The position numbers and the translations under genes were made by a program. This document shows positions 35,592-46,178 of a DNA stretch of 64,000 nt, one piece after another. The notes below the pieces were generated by a model. The model saw nothing but the letters and a program-made list of their open reading frames with translations, made no database searches and was not told the origin of the DNA. This DNA comes from a phage, in sequence record PX670417.1; one strand, written 5' to 3'. Numbering within the stretch: position 1 is the first letter of the stretch; each line of letters starts with the position of its first letter.

Positions 35592-36404
35592 TTAGTGAAG
35601 TTGTTCACTAGTAATTTGTGAGTGCTCTTTTTCAGCCATAGCTGAGACTTGCTTCACAAAATCGTCACCAAAGTGAATGCGAAGCTTCTCTTCAATGATT
35701 GAAGCACCAATGTTTACCAAAACATCATTGATTGCTTGCATACTGACACCACCAGTCATCTCCTCAACGAACTCAATGGTTACACCCAACATCTGAGCAA
35801 GTTGGATTAGTGCAACGATATTCATCATTGTAGAAATAGCTGGAATCATCAGAGCGACCTTCACCTGTAGTGGTTCTACATCAGCTACAGAATCATCTTT
35901 CACAGCTTCTGCTAAAGACTCTTTAGTTTGCTGGATAATCTCTCTGATTCGTGGGGTTAACTCTTCTACACCCCAATCAAACTTTTCATATCGTGAAAGC
36001 TTCTCTTCCATGCGCTTCTCAAGAGCAGCCATAACAGCACTTGTTGATGCAACGATTGTATCAATAAGGGAATCATTATCCTGAGTCAGCAACAGTTCTT
36101 TATTTTCGTCTGACATCCTGATATAGTCATTCTTTTGCATTTCATAAAAAATGAACTCAGCAAGTGCGTCAACACCAACAGCGATAGATGCCAGAGCTAG
36201 TGAAGTGTCTGTCAACATCATGTTAACCTGTTCTGCAAAAGCACCGTTATCAGACTTGTCTTTAGGCAAGTTATAGCTTGCAGGCATAAACCGTTCTGTG
36301 TAGTTGTTTCCACGAAGAATCATAGCCATGCTTTCTACGGCATTGATTAAGAATGCTTCGTCAATACCTTTTTCTTTAAGCATTTGGTCTACAGTAGTGT
36401 TCAT
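35592..36404 (-). CDS. Hypothetical protein (270 aa)
   Basis: ORF. Confidence 0.55.
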   Translation of the reverse strand: MNTTVDQMLKEKGIDEAFLINAVESMAMILRGNNYTERFMPASYNLPKDKSDNGAFAEQVNMMLTDTSLALASIAVGVDALAEFIFYEMQKNDYIRMSDENKELLLTQDNDSLIDTIVASTSAVMAALEKRMEEKLSRYEKFDWGVEELTPRIREIIQQTKESLAEAVKDDSVADVEPLQVKVALMIPAISTMMNIVALIQLAQMLGVTIEFVEEMTGGVSMQAINDVLVNIGASIIEEKLRIHFGDDFVKQVSAMAEKEHSQITSEQLH

Positions 36405-36405
36405 A

Positions 36406-36828
36406 TTATTTCTCTCTCAGTTGGTTAAGTTTCTTTCTAGAACATTTTAAGTTTTCTGATGAAGAAAAGTCAAGTGTCTTTTCAGAACGTGGATAGTAAT
36501 GTCTATCCCAAGAAGTTTCAACATCGTTAATCAGTGACGCTAGATTACACAGGTCTGTACCACTTTGCAACCTCTTTTTAAGAGAATCTAGTAAAGCAAC
36601 TGTGTCTTTAGCTTTACGTCTCGCTGTAGCAACATCTTTCATATGCTCAAATACAGAGCATTTTAAGTCATCTTCATAGTTTTCAGACAACTCTATCTCA
36701 TGTTGTATATCAACCATTCTCCTGTGATGGTGAGCATATTCCCGTTGAGCAGCAATGTCAAGTTCTTCCAACTTCTGCAAAGCTCTAACAAAGTCAGCTA
36801 TGTCTGGGTGAACAAACATTTTCTGCAT
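36406..36828 (-). CDS. Hypothetical protein (140 aa)
   Basis: ORF. Confidence 0.5.
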   Translation of the reverse strand: MQKMFVHPDIADFVRALQKLEELDIAAQREYAHHHRRMVDIQHEIELSENYEDDLKCSVFEHMKDVATARRKAKDTVALLDSLKKRLQSGTDLCNLASLINDVETSWDRHYYPRSEKTLDFSSSENLKCSRKKLNQLREK

Positions 36829-37006
36829 GTAAGCCTCTTTTAAGTAACTATTAAGTTTTAATCTTTTATCTTAACGTATTCTATACGTTATACTTTAAAG
36901 CTTTTTAAAAGCTATTAAATAATCTTTTAAGAGTTTTAAAGTATCTGTATAGTTAAACTGTTAAGTAACCTTTTAAGTAAAAACCCACTTCGCAAAGATT
37001 AACACC

Positions 37007-37040
37007 TTGTCAAGTGCATTGTCAACTTGCTTTTTATAAT
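37007..37040 (+). promoter_or_regulatory. Candidate promoter region for the DNA polymerase gene (perfect TATAAT at 37035-37040; TTGTCA boxes upstream at non-canonical spacing)
   Basis: TATAAT 47 nt upstream of the polymerase ATG; the -35 assignment is ambiguous. Confidence 0.3.
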
Positions 37041-37086
37041 TTTTTGCAGTAATGTATGAGGTTAATGGTTTTAGAGGGAGTAAAAA

Positions 37087-39786
37087 ATGGAAAACATAGA
37101 TTTTAAAAACTTACATTTGGTTGGTGATACAGAGACTGATGGTTTACTCCTTGAGTTCACTAAAGTTCACGTAATGGCTTTTGCAGACTATAAATCTGAC
37201 GATGAAGAGCCACCTGTATGGGTCTTTACAGATGAACCTATCCTCGGTCACAAGTATACCAAGTACATCAAGGGTGGCTTGCGTGAAGGTGTTGAGTTTG
37301 CGTTAAAGGCAAAACGTCTTTGCATCCACAATGGTCTGGGGTATGACTGGTGGGTTTTCAATCACATTGCACCTGATTTGTGGAACTTTGATAATCCAAA
37401 GTGTAAGCCGTGGAGTAATTTCTTTCAGGATTCTCTTATCCAGTCTCGTGTTCAGTGGATGGATAGACCAACTCCAAAGGGCTACAAAGGTGCTCATGGC
37501 TTGGCAGCATGGGGTGCTCGTGTTGGTGTCCGTAAACCAGAGATTGAACATTGGGGTGTGTGGAATGCAGAAATCTTCACTCGTGTTGTGGAAGATATCC
37601 GTATTAACGCCAAAACTAAACGTGCACTGGATAATGAATATCTGAAGTTAAAGAAGTGTGGCGTAGACACCTATGAAACTTACATGCGAGCTAAAGAAAC
37701 ATCTTTCTGGATGAGTCAACAAGCTATCAATGGTTGGAAAGCTGATAAAGAGCTTATGGAGTTCCATGTAAAGGAACTTGACAAGTTGACTAATGAGCTT
37801 GCTTCAGAAGTTGAACCACATCTTCCTCCAACTATTAAGACTAAAGGTAAAGTCACTGGAGAAGAATTTGCAAAAGCTTGGAATGAGTATGTTGAAACAT
37901 TTGGTCATGCAGATGGACTGAAGAGAATTACCAAGTACCCTAAGACAAAGTATCGTCAACAGGTACGTAACGGTGAGATGCAGACATATGAAATTAAACC
38001 ATTTGGTAAGCCAACTACAAAGATTTTTAACATTGAAAAGCGGAATTGCTATACACCAACAAACTCTGTAACTGGTGAAGAGTACAAGGAAGGCTTTGTA
38101 GCAATGAAGGATGCTCGTGCAATTTGCAATGAGTTGAATGCAAAGATTGGTAAGAAATGCAAAGACTGGAAGCCAGTAAAAACAGTTAAGACTGTGAAGT
38201 ACTATAACAGTCATGTTGTTAACCACTTTGAACTTGAGTCAAGTCGCTACACAGGTTTGATTGATGCGCCATATACACCAATTGAGTTCGAAGTTTCTCG
38301 TATGACTCAGGTAGCAGTTGTTAAAGACTACCTGAAATCAGTTGGTTGGATTCCAGATGACTGGAACTACAAGAAAGACTCGGATGGTCGTCCTGTCAAA
38401 GTTTGTCGTTTCAAAGACAACAAAAAGATGATTACAAAACATCCTAAGTGGCAGGAGATGGTGGAACGGTGTGGCTTGAGTTATGTTGAACACGAAGGTG
38501 TCCAGTACATTGAGCATAACTGGTCTGTGAAGAAGTACACAGATTTGCTTGAACCTTGCTTAATCCGTACTTCACCAAAACTTACTGAATCATCTTATGA
38601 TACGATTGAAGGTGAGCTTGGACAGAAGATTGCTAAGTACTATACTTTGATGCACAGACGCAGAACTATTGAGAACTCAAAGGATGATGAAAAAGGTTGG
38701 TTGAACCAGATTCGTCCTGATGGTCGCCTTAGTGCTGGTGCAATGGTGTTTGGTACTTCAACTGGACGTATGACACAATATGGTATTGTAAACGTACCGT
38801 CTGGTGCTGCTGTCTATGGGGAACCAATGAGGGCAGTGTGGATTTGTGAAGAAGGCACTAATGTTGTCTCTGTGGATATGAACTCAGCCCAGCTAGTTCT
38901 TCTTTGTAACTTTATGGGTGACAAAGACTTCACCAAAGCGGTAACACAAGGTAAAGAAGAGATTGAGTTTATTCGTCAAGAAGATGGACGCTATTACTGC
39001 AAACACTTTGATGAGTACCTCAACCCAGAGATTGATAAGTACCTTCGCTATGACTCTGAGAATGACCTTTACGTTGTCTATTCAGGGACTGATGCACACA
39101 CACTGAACAGTATTTACTTTAGCTTGAATGATGAGCAGGACATCTTGACTTGTCGAGCTACTCAGGATGAGAACCTTCTACACGAGATTAGTAAGGGTCG
39201 TAAGAAAGCTAAGAATGGTATCTATGCACTGCTGTTCGGTGCAGGTGATGAGAAGTTTGCTAAGACGATTAAAGCTGCAACTACTCAGGAAGGCGCACTG
39301 ACTAAACAGACTTACTTTATTCGTTTGCCTAAAATTAAGAAACTGCTAGATGACTTGGAAGCTGACTACAAAGCGATTAAAAAGGCACTTGAAGAGGTGT
39401 TTGGTAAGACTGCTGCAATCTCTAAAGGGGGTTTTGTAAAGGTTGCTGGAGCTTGGTTGTGGTGTAAATCTCCACACAAACTGTTGAACTATCTTTTGAT
39501 GGGTTCAGAGGCGCAGATTCAAAATGAGGCAATTAACCTTGCTTGTCGTCGTATGATTGACGAAGGTTTGATGAAGTTGAATGGTCGTCAACCAGCTATT
39601 GGTGCTCGTTTGCTCTGCGCATATCACGATGAGACGAGTTGGGAATGTCCAGAAAGTATGACGGCAGAGGTGAAAGCTGTTACTGACTGGTATTATGGAC
39701 AAGCTTCTAAGAACTTAGGTCTTAAGAAAGAAACGCTTGTTACAGGTACTGGTAAGGTTGGTAAAAGCTGGTATGAGGTACACTAA
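37087..39786 (+). CDS. DNA polymerase, family A, with 3'-5' exonuclease domain
   Basis: Exo I VGDTETDG; palm-like motifs VSVDMNSAQL, KNGIYALLFG and YHDE; strong RBS GAGGGAG. Confidence 0.85.
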   Translation: MENIDFKNLHLVGDTETDGLLLEFTKVHVMAFADYKSDDEEPPVWVFTDEPILGHKYTKYIKGGLREGVEFALKAKRLCIHNGLGYDWWVFNHIAPDLWNFDNPKCKPWSNFFQDSLIQSRVQWMDRPTPKGYKGAHGLAAWGARVGVRKPEIEHWGVWNAEIFTRVVEDIRINAKTKRALDNEYLKLKKCGVDTYETYMRAKETSFWMSQQAINGWKADKELMEFHVKELDKLTNELASEVEPHLPPTIKTKGKVTGEEFAKAWNEYVETFGHADGLKRITKYPKTKYRQQVRNGEMQTYEIKPFGKPTTKIFNIEKRNCYTPTNSVTGEEYKEGFVAMKDARAICNELNAKIGKKCKDWKPVKTVKTVKYYNSHVVNHFELESSRYTGLIDAPYTPIEFEVSRMTQVAVVKDYLKSVGWIPDDWNYKKDSDGRPVKVCRFKDNKKMITKHPKWQEMVERCGLSYVEHEGVQYIEHNWSVKKYTDLLEPCLIRTSPKLTESSYDTIEGELGQKIAKYYTLMHRRRTIENSKDDEKGWLNQIRPDGRLSAGAMVFGTSTGRMTQYGIVNVPSGAAVYGEPMRAVWICEEGTNVVSVDMNSAQLVLLCNFMGDKDFTKAVTQGKEEIEFIRQEDGRYYCKHFDEYLNPEIDKYLRYDSENDLYVVYSGTDAHTLNSIYFSLNDEQDILTCRATQDENLLHEISKGRKKAKNGIYALLFGAGDEKFAKTIKAATTQEGALTKQTYFIRLPKIKKLLDDLEADYKAIKKALEEVFGKTAAISKGGFVKVAGAWLWCKSPHKLLNYLLMGSEAQIQNEAINLACRRMIDEGLMKLNGRQPAIGARLLCAYHDETSWECPESMTAEVKAVTDWYYGQASKNLGLKKETLVTGTGKVGKSWYEVH

Positions 39787-39847
39787 TTAGTATTGACAAG
39801 GTGCTCATGGAAGAGTACCTTATACAATATCTTATATAGGAGGGCTT

Positions 39848-40057
39848 ATGAGCCACCGTGGAAGAACCCATGCAGCGATGATGAAAGGTGCTTCAAAGGA
39901 AACTATCAAGAACCGTAAGCAGAAGTTGTTTGAGAGGATGAACAGACTAATTGACAATTCATCTCTTTCAGGTTCTGAGAAGGTTTTCTTGAAAGGTAAC
40001 CTGAAAAGCATTGCACAAGAGCTTATTGATATTGAATATTGGAGACACCAAAAATGA
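39848..40057 (+). CDS. Hypothetical protein (69 aa)
   Basis: ORF with RBS AGGAGGG. Confidence 0.5.
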   Translation: MSHRGRTHAAMMKGASKETIKNRKQKLFERMNRLIDNSSLSGSEKVFLKGNLKSIAQELIDIEYWRHQK

Positions 40058-40266
40058 CACTTGCAGACGTTATCCAGCAACTTCACGACAATTGCTATAC
40101 TCCAGAGTTGATTCAGGAGATGCTTATTGTGGTGATGCCTAGCAAGTTCGTAAAAGGTTTTAATCAGGACACTTTAAGGTCTGCGCATATCATTATCGTT
40201 GACGGTAAGATTGCAAGAGACCGCACAGGAGTCCTTAAGGGTGAACGTATCAGTATTGTCCTTTGA
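40039..40266 (+). CDS. Hypothetical protein (75 aa)
   Basis: ORF with RBS GGAGA. Confidence 0.45.
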   Translation: METPKMTLADVIQQLHDNCYTPELIQEMLIVVMPSKFVKGFNQDTLRSAHIIIVDGKIARDRTGVLKGERISIVL

Positions 40267-40283
40267 GTATTGGGAACACCAAA

Positions 40284-40439
40284 ATGAAACGCAAAGTAAA
40301 ATTATTTAGTTTATATGGGAGAGTCGGTAAAGGTTTTGATTGGCAACTGCTACGTTCAGATGTTAAAAGCAACGAATTAGCACAACTCATCATAAACTAC
40401 CGGCGTACATACAGAGAAGTAGAACATCGTGAACAATAA
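40284..40439 (+). CDS. Small hypothetical protein (51 aa; not in ORF track)
   Basis: Hand translation MKRKVKLFSLYGRVGKGFDWQLLRSDVKSNELAQLIINYRRTYREVEHREQ; upstream context near-identical to that of the gene at 40039. Confidence 0.3.
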   Translation: MKRKVKLFSLYGRVGKGFDWQLLRSDVKSNELAQLIINYRRTYREVEHREQ

Positions 40440-40454
40440 AACAGGAGATGTGTT

Positions 40455-40691
40455 ATGTGGAAAGCAGTAATTGCACTTGGTGTTATTTTTCTAGCTGGCT
40501 GCAACCCTTCTTATGAGGATAAAAATGCTTCTTATAGCCTCCCACCAGAGATGCAAGATTGCAAAGTCTATAAGTTACATGGTGATGCCATAAGCAGAGA
40601 TATTGTTGTTGTCAGATGTCCAAACTCTCAAACAACAACATCTTATAGCTATGGCAAAAATGGTCAATCACATACTACGGTTATTGAGTGA
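40455..40691 (+). CDS. Small lipoprotein (78 aa)
   Basis: Signal peptide with lipobox FLAG-C; two further Cys in the mature part. Confidence 0.5.
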   Translation: MWKAVIALGVIFLAGCNPSYEDKNASYSLPPEMQDCKVYKLHGDAISRDIVVVRCPNSQTTTSYSYGKNGQSHTTVIE

Positions 40692-40701
40692 GGTTTTAAC
40701 G

Positions 40702-40908
40702 ATGGAAGTCCTAGTAAACTATATCTACTGTTATGATGTTGTTCACTCCACTACAACCGTAGCTCAACGTAACCCAATCGTTCCACGAGAAGGTGAGTTG
40801 GTTCGCATCAAGGGTTGGACTTACACTGTGGAAAGCATCATTCATAAGTTTGATGTTGCTGGTGATGTTCAAGTGATTGACGTAGAGATTGGTGGTAAGA
40901 GAAAATGA
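40702..40908 (+). CDS. Hypothetical protein (68 aa; start moved to ATG after GAGG)
   Basis: Track ORF 40603-40908 trimmed. Confidence 0.45.
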   Translation: MEVLVNYIYCYDVVHSTTTVAQRNPIVPREGELVRIKGWTYTVESIIHKFDVAGDVQVIDVEIGGKRK

Positions 40909-41123
40909 CTGTAGAAGATAAATTTAAGAACGCAGTTCTTACAGAAGATGGTGAGCTTGAAACATTCATTCTTCGTGTTGATGGTAAGCTATTCCGGTGT
41001 CGTTGTGGGTCAAACTGTTTCCATAAACCAGATAAAAATGACTTAGAGCTTTACGCATGTAATGCTTGTTACACTTGGTATCACTCAGAGGTTAAAAATG
41101 ACAATTCTGTACAAACAAAATAA
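40905..41123 (+). CDS. Small zinc-ribbon protein (72 aa)
   Basis: CRCGSNC...CNAC. Confidence 0.5.
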   Translation: MTVEDKFKNAVLTEDGELETFILRVDGKLFRCRCGSNCFHKPDKNDLELYACNACYTWYHSEVKNDNSVQTK

Positions 41124-42198
41124 AGACGGCTCTTTTAACGTCTGGTCATGCGTTGCTGTAGGTGACAAAGTTGTTACAACCTACGGTAAAGAAAATGGCA
41201 AGATGATGTTTGAAGAGTATACAGCAGAACCTAAAAACATCGGTAAAAAGAATGAGCGTAACGCTGAACAGCAAGCTCTCTTTGAAGTTGCTGCTAAGTA
41301 TAAAAAGCAAGTTGACCGCAAAGGTTATGCTTACACAAAAGAGTCTGCACATAACACTGAAAAGGTAGGTGTACAGCTTGCTCATGATGCTGCAAAAGTT
41401 AGTCATGCAAAGTATTTGATATTCCCTGCTGATGCTCAACCAAAACTTGATGGTGTTCGTTGTAGAATTTCAAGAGATGCTGATTCAGTTAGCTTCACGG
41501 CTTATTCTCGTGAAAATACTGTTTACAACGTCCCAGCAGAACTAATCCCAGATTTGCTTTTGTTGCTTAAATTGCATCCACAAGTCGAGGACTTTGATGG
41601 TGAGATTTATGCTCATGGCTGGGACTTAGAAGATATTGTATCTATGATTAAGAATGCTGACAATCCAGACCGTCACCTTCTTAAATTCTACTGGTATGAT
41701 ATCTGTGACAATTCAAGAACTTGGCCTGAGCGTCGTGAAATTATTGATAGCTCACCCATTATTGAGCTTGGTGATACCTGTAGAGTAGTTCCTGTACAGA
41801 CTATCCGTGTTAACTCTTGGGAAGAGTTTGATGAAGCTCATGATAAGTGGGTTGAAGCTAAGTTTGAAGGTGCAATGTACCGTTCAATCTCTGAAGATTC
41901 CTTCTACGAGTGTTGTCACCGTTCATACTTCTTGATTAAACATAAGAAGATGCACACTGAAGAGTTTAAAGTGACTGGTGTCAAGACCGATAAACGTGGT
42001 CATGGTAAGTTCGTTGTAGAGACTCTTCCTAACGTCTTTGTAGATGTCTCATGGAAGACTACTCATGAGAAGAAACAGTATCTTGCTGAACATCCTGAAG
42101 AGTTTATCGGGAAGCCTTTAACGGTTCAGTTCCAGAAGATGACTCGTAAGGGTTCTTTGCAGTTCCCTGTTGGGTTAGTCATACGAGATTATGAATAA
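41098..42198 (+). CDS. ATP-dependent DNA ligase
   Basis: Adenylation motif KLDGVR (KxDGxR); start moved to the ATG after GAGG. Confidence 0.75.
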   Translation: MTILYKQNKDGSFNVWSCVAVGDKVVTTYGKENGKMMFEEYTAEPKNIGKKNERNAEQQALFEVAAKYKKQVDRKGYAYTKESAHNTEKVGVQLAHDAAKVSHAKYLIFPADAQPKLDGVRCRISRDADSVSFTAYSRENTVYNVPAELIPDLLLLLKLHPQVEDFDGEIYAHGWDLEDIVSMIKNADNPDRHLLKFYWYDICDNSRTWPERREIIDSSPIIELGDTCRVVPVQTIRVNSWEEFDEAHDKWVEAKFEGAMYRSISEDSFYECCHRSYFLIKHKKMHTEEFKVTGVKTDKRGHGKFVVETLPNVFVDVSWKTTHEKKQYLAEHPEEFIGKPLTVQFQKMTRKGSLQFPVGLVIRDYE

Positions 42199-42204
42199 AA
42201 GTTG

Positions 42205-42232
42205 TTGACATAGAAAATTTGGTGAGTATACT
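42205..42232 (+). promoter_or_regulatory. Candidate sigma70-type promoter: TTGACA (42205-42210) - 16 nt - TATACT (42227-42232)
   Basis: Consensus -35 and near-consensus -10; would transcribe the downstream GT-rich structured region. Confidence 0.5.
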
Positions 42233-42239
42233 GAGCAGC

Positions 42240-43194
<955 letters not shown>

Positions 43195-43196
43195 TT

Positions 43197-43637
43197 ATGA
43201 ATACAAAAGCATTAGCAGCAAAGTTTAGTTACGGCGACACTGTATCACATTCCGAGATGGACACCTTCTTAGGTATTGTGAAGCCAACCTATCAAGGTGA
43301 CATTGTTAAGTACGAAGATGAAATGAAGGCTTATGCACTTACACGTCTAAACCGACTTGAGAAGTTTATTGAAAAGCTTCTTAAAGAAGAGAAGATTTAT
43401 CTGGTTGCTTCAATGGGTGTTGGTTATCGTGTGGTTGAACCTAAGCATCAAGCAACTATTGCAAAACGCAAAATGTCTGGTAAGATTGGTCGAGCTTTAA
43501 AGCAAGCCACTCAAGCAATTGAGAATGTGAACACTATGGCGCTTAGTCATCAAGAACGTTCACGACTGATTGAACAGCAAAACCATTTAGCTGCTATGAA
43601 AGCTAACATTAACAAGCAACGTAGAAAACCTTTCTAA
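43197..43637 (+). CDS. Hypothetical protein (146 aa; coiled-coil-like, basic C-terminus)
   Basis: ORF. Confidence 0.55.
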   Translation: MNTKALAAKFSYGDTVSHSEMDTFLGIVKPTYQGDIVKYEDEMKAYALTRLNRLEKFIEKLLKEEKIYLVASMGVGYRVVEPKHQATIAKRKMSGKIGRALKQATQAIENVNTMALSHQERSRLIEQQNHLAAMKANINKQRRKPF

Positions 43638-43646
43638 GTTGACTAG

Positions 43647-43672
43647 GTAGCCTCTTCGGAGGCTCCTTTTTA
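43647..43672 (+). terminator. Intrinsic terminator (AGCCTC-TTCG-GAGGCT + T-run)
   Basis: Hairpin and CCTTTTT on the plus strand after ORF 43197-43637. Confidence 0.55.
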
Positions 43673-44060
43673 AAAGGTCTTTTAAGAGGGTCTTTTAATG
43701 AGGTAAGGTGCGGTCTGGCAAGGCATGGTATGGTTGGGTGAGGTGAGGTATGGGTAGTTAATCGGAGCTACATTAAAATTCGATTACATCACTTAAGAGT
43801 CTTCTAAGAGGGTTTTTAAGTGATGTTCGGTAGGGTCTGGTAGGGTAAGGTCTGGTCTGGTAGGGTCTGGTAGGGTGAGGTATGGGTAGTTAGTCTCAGC
43901 TACATTAAAATGAGACTTACCTTTTTAAAAGGTCTTTAAACAGGGTGTTTTAATAAGGTGCTGTATGGTGGGGTAAGGTAGGGTTAGGCGAGGTCAGGTG
44001 AGGTTTGGTATGGAAGGATGGCAGTAGCCTTATAAAAAATCTGCCAAATAAGCTATAAAA
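43673..44060 (+). repeat. GT-rich structured noncoding region, copy 2 (Y2' hairpin 43760-43785, X2 hairpin 43786-43826, Y3 hairpin 43892-43917, Z, W2 hairpin 44020-44045)
   Basis: Same module set as copy 1; Y2' and W2 differ from Y1/Y3 and W1 by paired substitutions that preserve pairing. Confidence 0.6.
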
Positions 44061-44064
44061 TCTG

Positions 44065-44100
44065 TTGACAAGTCAGGTGTTATAGCTTATTTTTATACTC
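44065..44100 (+). promoter_or_regulatory. Candidate promoter: TTGACA (44065-44070) - 17 nt - TATTTT, with TATACT further downstream
   Basis: Consensus -35; weak -10; about 45 nt upstream of the ATG at 44138. Confidence 0.4.
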
Positions 44101-44137
44101 AACGTAATACAAAATTTAATATAACTTTGAGGTCATT

Positions 44138-44521
44138 ATGAAAAAGATTTTATTAGCTGCTGCAATGGTTATGGCAATGAATTTACCAGTCAATGCAACA
44201 GAACTCCCAAATGTGGACTTATCAGGTGTTCCAGAAGACACTTGCCAGATTGTTAAAGGTGTTTCTCTGGCTAATGGTGAGTTACTTAAACCAATCTCTG
44301 AAGAGTCTTTGACAGAGATGACTGATAAGGTAACTGACTATCAATATCGCGTTCTTGCAGAGTATTTCCTGCAATCTGCAAATATTAAAGAGAAGCACCA
44401 TGATGATATTGATGTACAGGCTATGCTCAATCATCGTATTCAGTTTAAAGAAGATTTGATGCAAAAAGCTATGTATAGTGTTGAGTATTTCTTAGAAAAC
44501 AGAAGCTGCACAGGTATTTGA
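44138..44521 (+). CDS. Secreted/periplasmic hypothetical protein (127 aa)
   Basis: Signal peptide MKKILLAAAMVMAMNLPVNA. Confidence 0.55.
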   Translation: MKKILLAAAMVMAMNLPVNATELPNVDLSGVPEDTCQIVKGVSLANGELLKPISEESLTEMTDKVTDYQYRVLAEYFLQSANIKEKHHDDIDVQAMLNHRIQFKEDLMQKAMYSVEYFLENRSCTGI

Positions 44522-44522
44522 T

Positions 44523-44735
44523 ATGGCTCTTAAAAAGTTACATCCCAGAAGCGGCTATGGTAAGATAATTGATGATGCAGATGGCTTTACAGTCTTTACA
44601 GTTATCTGTCAAGATGATTCACAGATTGAAAAGGCTCTTGATGATTATCTTAATGATGAACGTGAAAAGGTTAGGGCTACAAACATAGATTCATTGATTG
44701 ACACTTCACGTAAACGGAAGAAGAAAGATGAATGA
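44523..44735 (+). CDS. Hypothetical protein (70 aa)
   Basis: ORF. Confidence 0.45.
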   Translation: MALKKLHPRSGYGKIIDDADGFTVFTVICQDDSQIEKALDDYLNDEREKVRATNIDSLIDTSRKRKKKDE

Positions 44736-45027
44736 GGTTTTTGACCCTTATGCTCCACAAGATGATTGGGAGGCTGATAGAGAGGCTGAAATGGAGAGTT
44801 ATATTTGTCCAATGGATGTAGACGAAATGAGAGACTTCGTTGCACATCGTTTTAAGAGAGAGATTAAATCCAGAGGTCTTTCTCAAGAGCAAGTTGCTAA
44901 AATTTGTGGTATCTCTCAGGCTCGTGTATCCAACATAATCCACCTCACTGGTAATGTCTCCCTTGAGTATATGTTGGAAGTATGCGAAAAATTTGGTGTT
45001 AATTTTAATTTAAGGCTGGCAGATTAA
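44728..45027 (+). CDS. Helix-turn-helix (XRE-like) DNA-binding protein (about 99 aa)
   Basis: LSQEQVAKICGISQARVSNI is an HTH-like segment; start ATG overlaps the upstream stop (ATGAATGA). Confidence 0.5.
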   Translation: MNEVFDPYAPQDDWEADREAEMESYICPMDVDEMRDFVAHRFKREIKSRGLSQEQVAKICGISQARVSNIIHLTGNVSLEYMLEVCEKFGVNFNLRLAD

Positions 45028-45028
45028 T

Positions 45029-45388
45029 ATGAAACGTGAAAACATTATCCACTCTGAAAACTTCGCATTAGGCTTTTATGGTGTACCCACTCACCTTGAA
45101 AAGTATTATGGTGTAAAGATTCTTTCCAATCTCATTATGGCTTACAAAGATGGTAAGATTAAGCACACTGAGAAGAAACGAGTCATGGGATACATGGCTG
45201 TAGGTTCAGCAATCTCAAACATTAAGCTAGAAACCACTAGCAGCCAGATTGTGAAAGACCACTTCATCAAAGAGCTTTACCACAATCTTGATGGTGTAGA
45301 TGTTCAGGCTGTTTGGCTGGATGTTGACGGTCACAATTACACAAGTTTCGTTTTCAAAAACGACGACATTAAGTGTCTGTTCCCATAA
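45029..45388 (+). CDS. Hypothetical protein (119 aa)
   Basis: ORF. Confidence 0.55.
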   Translation: MKRENIIHSENFALGFYGVPTHLEKYYGVKILSNLIMAYKDGKIKHTEKKRVMGYMAVGSAISNIKLETTSSQIVKDHFIKELYHNLDGVDVQAVWLDVDGHNYTSFVFKNDDIKCLFP

Positions 45389-45401
45389 TAGGTGATTAAC
45401 T

Positions 45402-45917
45402 ATGATTGATATCTTCTTACAAGATGCTCATGCAGACTTCCTTAAAGTGATGCTTAAAAAGTTTATGGCTTCACAGTATGAGAATGAAGCATCTTTTAAA
45501 ATAGTTACGTGTGGCGATGAGGCGGGTTTTGTTGAGATTGAACATGAAGGTACTGGAAAGACTGTTTGCAAGTTACCTGATAGTATGTTCTCTAATACGT
45601 TCTTAACAAAGACTAGTATAAATGTGAAGCTTGTTCCTCAGATTGAAACATACTCTGGTACAGATTACCCTAAAGGTTTTAAGTCACTGATGAAGTACTT
45701 CTTAGATGACTTTGTGAGTAATCTTCTGAGGGAGGTAAAAGAGAGTCGTACAGTATTAACTGTAGAGAATATGGGAGGTACTATAAGGGTTACTTCTGAC
45801 TGCTTTGTTATGAGCCTCTTCGACTTCGTTCCTAAGAACTTTGATGGTATTCTGGATGAAGAAGATGACTGTGTAGACTTTATATTGGTTCTTGAGCCAG
45901 TTTTTGAGGTTAAATAG
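45402..45917 (+). CDS. Hypothetical protein (171 aa)
   Basis: ORF. Confidence 0.55.
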   Translation: MIDIFLQDAHADFLKVMLKKFMASQYENEASFKIVTCGDEAGFVEIEHEGTGKTVCKLPDSMFSNTFLTKTSINVKLVPQIETYSGTDYPKGFKSLMKYFLDDFVSNLLREVKESRTVLTVENMGGTIRVTSDCFVMSLFDFVPKNFDGILDEEDDCVDFILVLEPVFEVK

Positions 45918-46178
45918 ATGAAAATTGAACACTGCTATGAGTCTGATGGAACACCTATCCGTTGTCCACATTGTGGGTGTACAGACTTGCAAGGTGAAGT
46001 TCATGTGATTGTTAATGGTCATATAGCTGAAGAAAGTACTACATGTGTTGGTTGTGGTGAGCATCTATCATTCTGGGCTTATGGTTCATACCAACCTACA
46101 CCACACTTAATCTACCATAGCAATAAAGCTGTGAAGAATATTATCAACTGGTTTATTAAGAAAGGATTTATAAAATGA
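45918..46178 (+). CDS. Small zinc-ribbon protein (86 aa)
   Basis: CPHCGC...CVGCGE. Confidence 0.5.
   Translation: MKIEHCYESDGTPIRCPHCGCTDLQGEVHVIVNGHIAEESTTCVGCGEHLSFWAYGSYQPTPHLIYHSNKAVKNIINWFIKKGFIK

Noticed and set aside
37303-39702. Minus-strand ORFs inside the DNA polymerase gene (37303-37551, 37804-38226, 39505-39702) and plus-strand 37331-37645
   Set aside because: Embedded in a well-supported 899-aa polymerase ORF.
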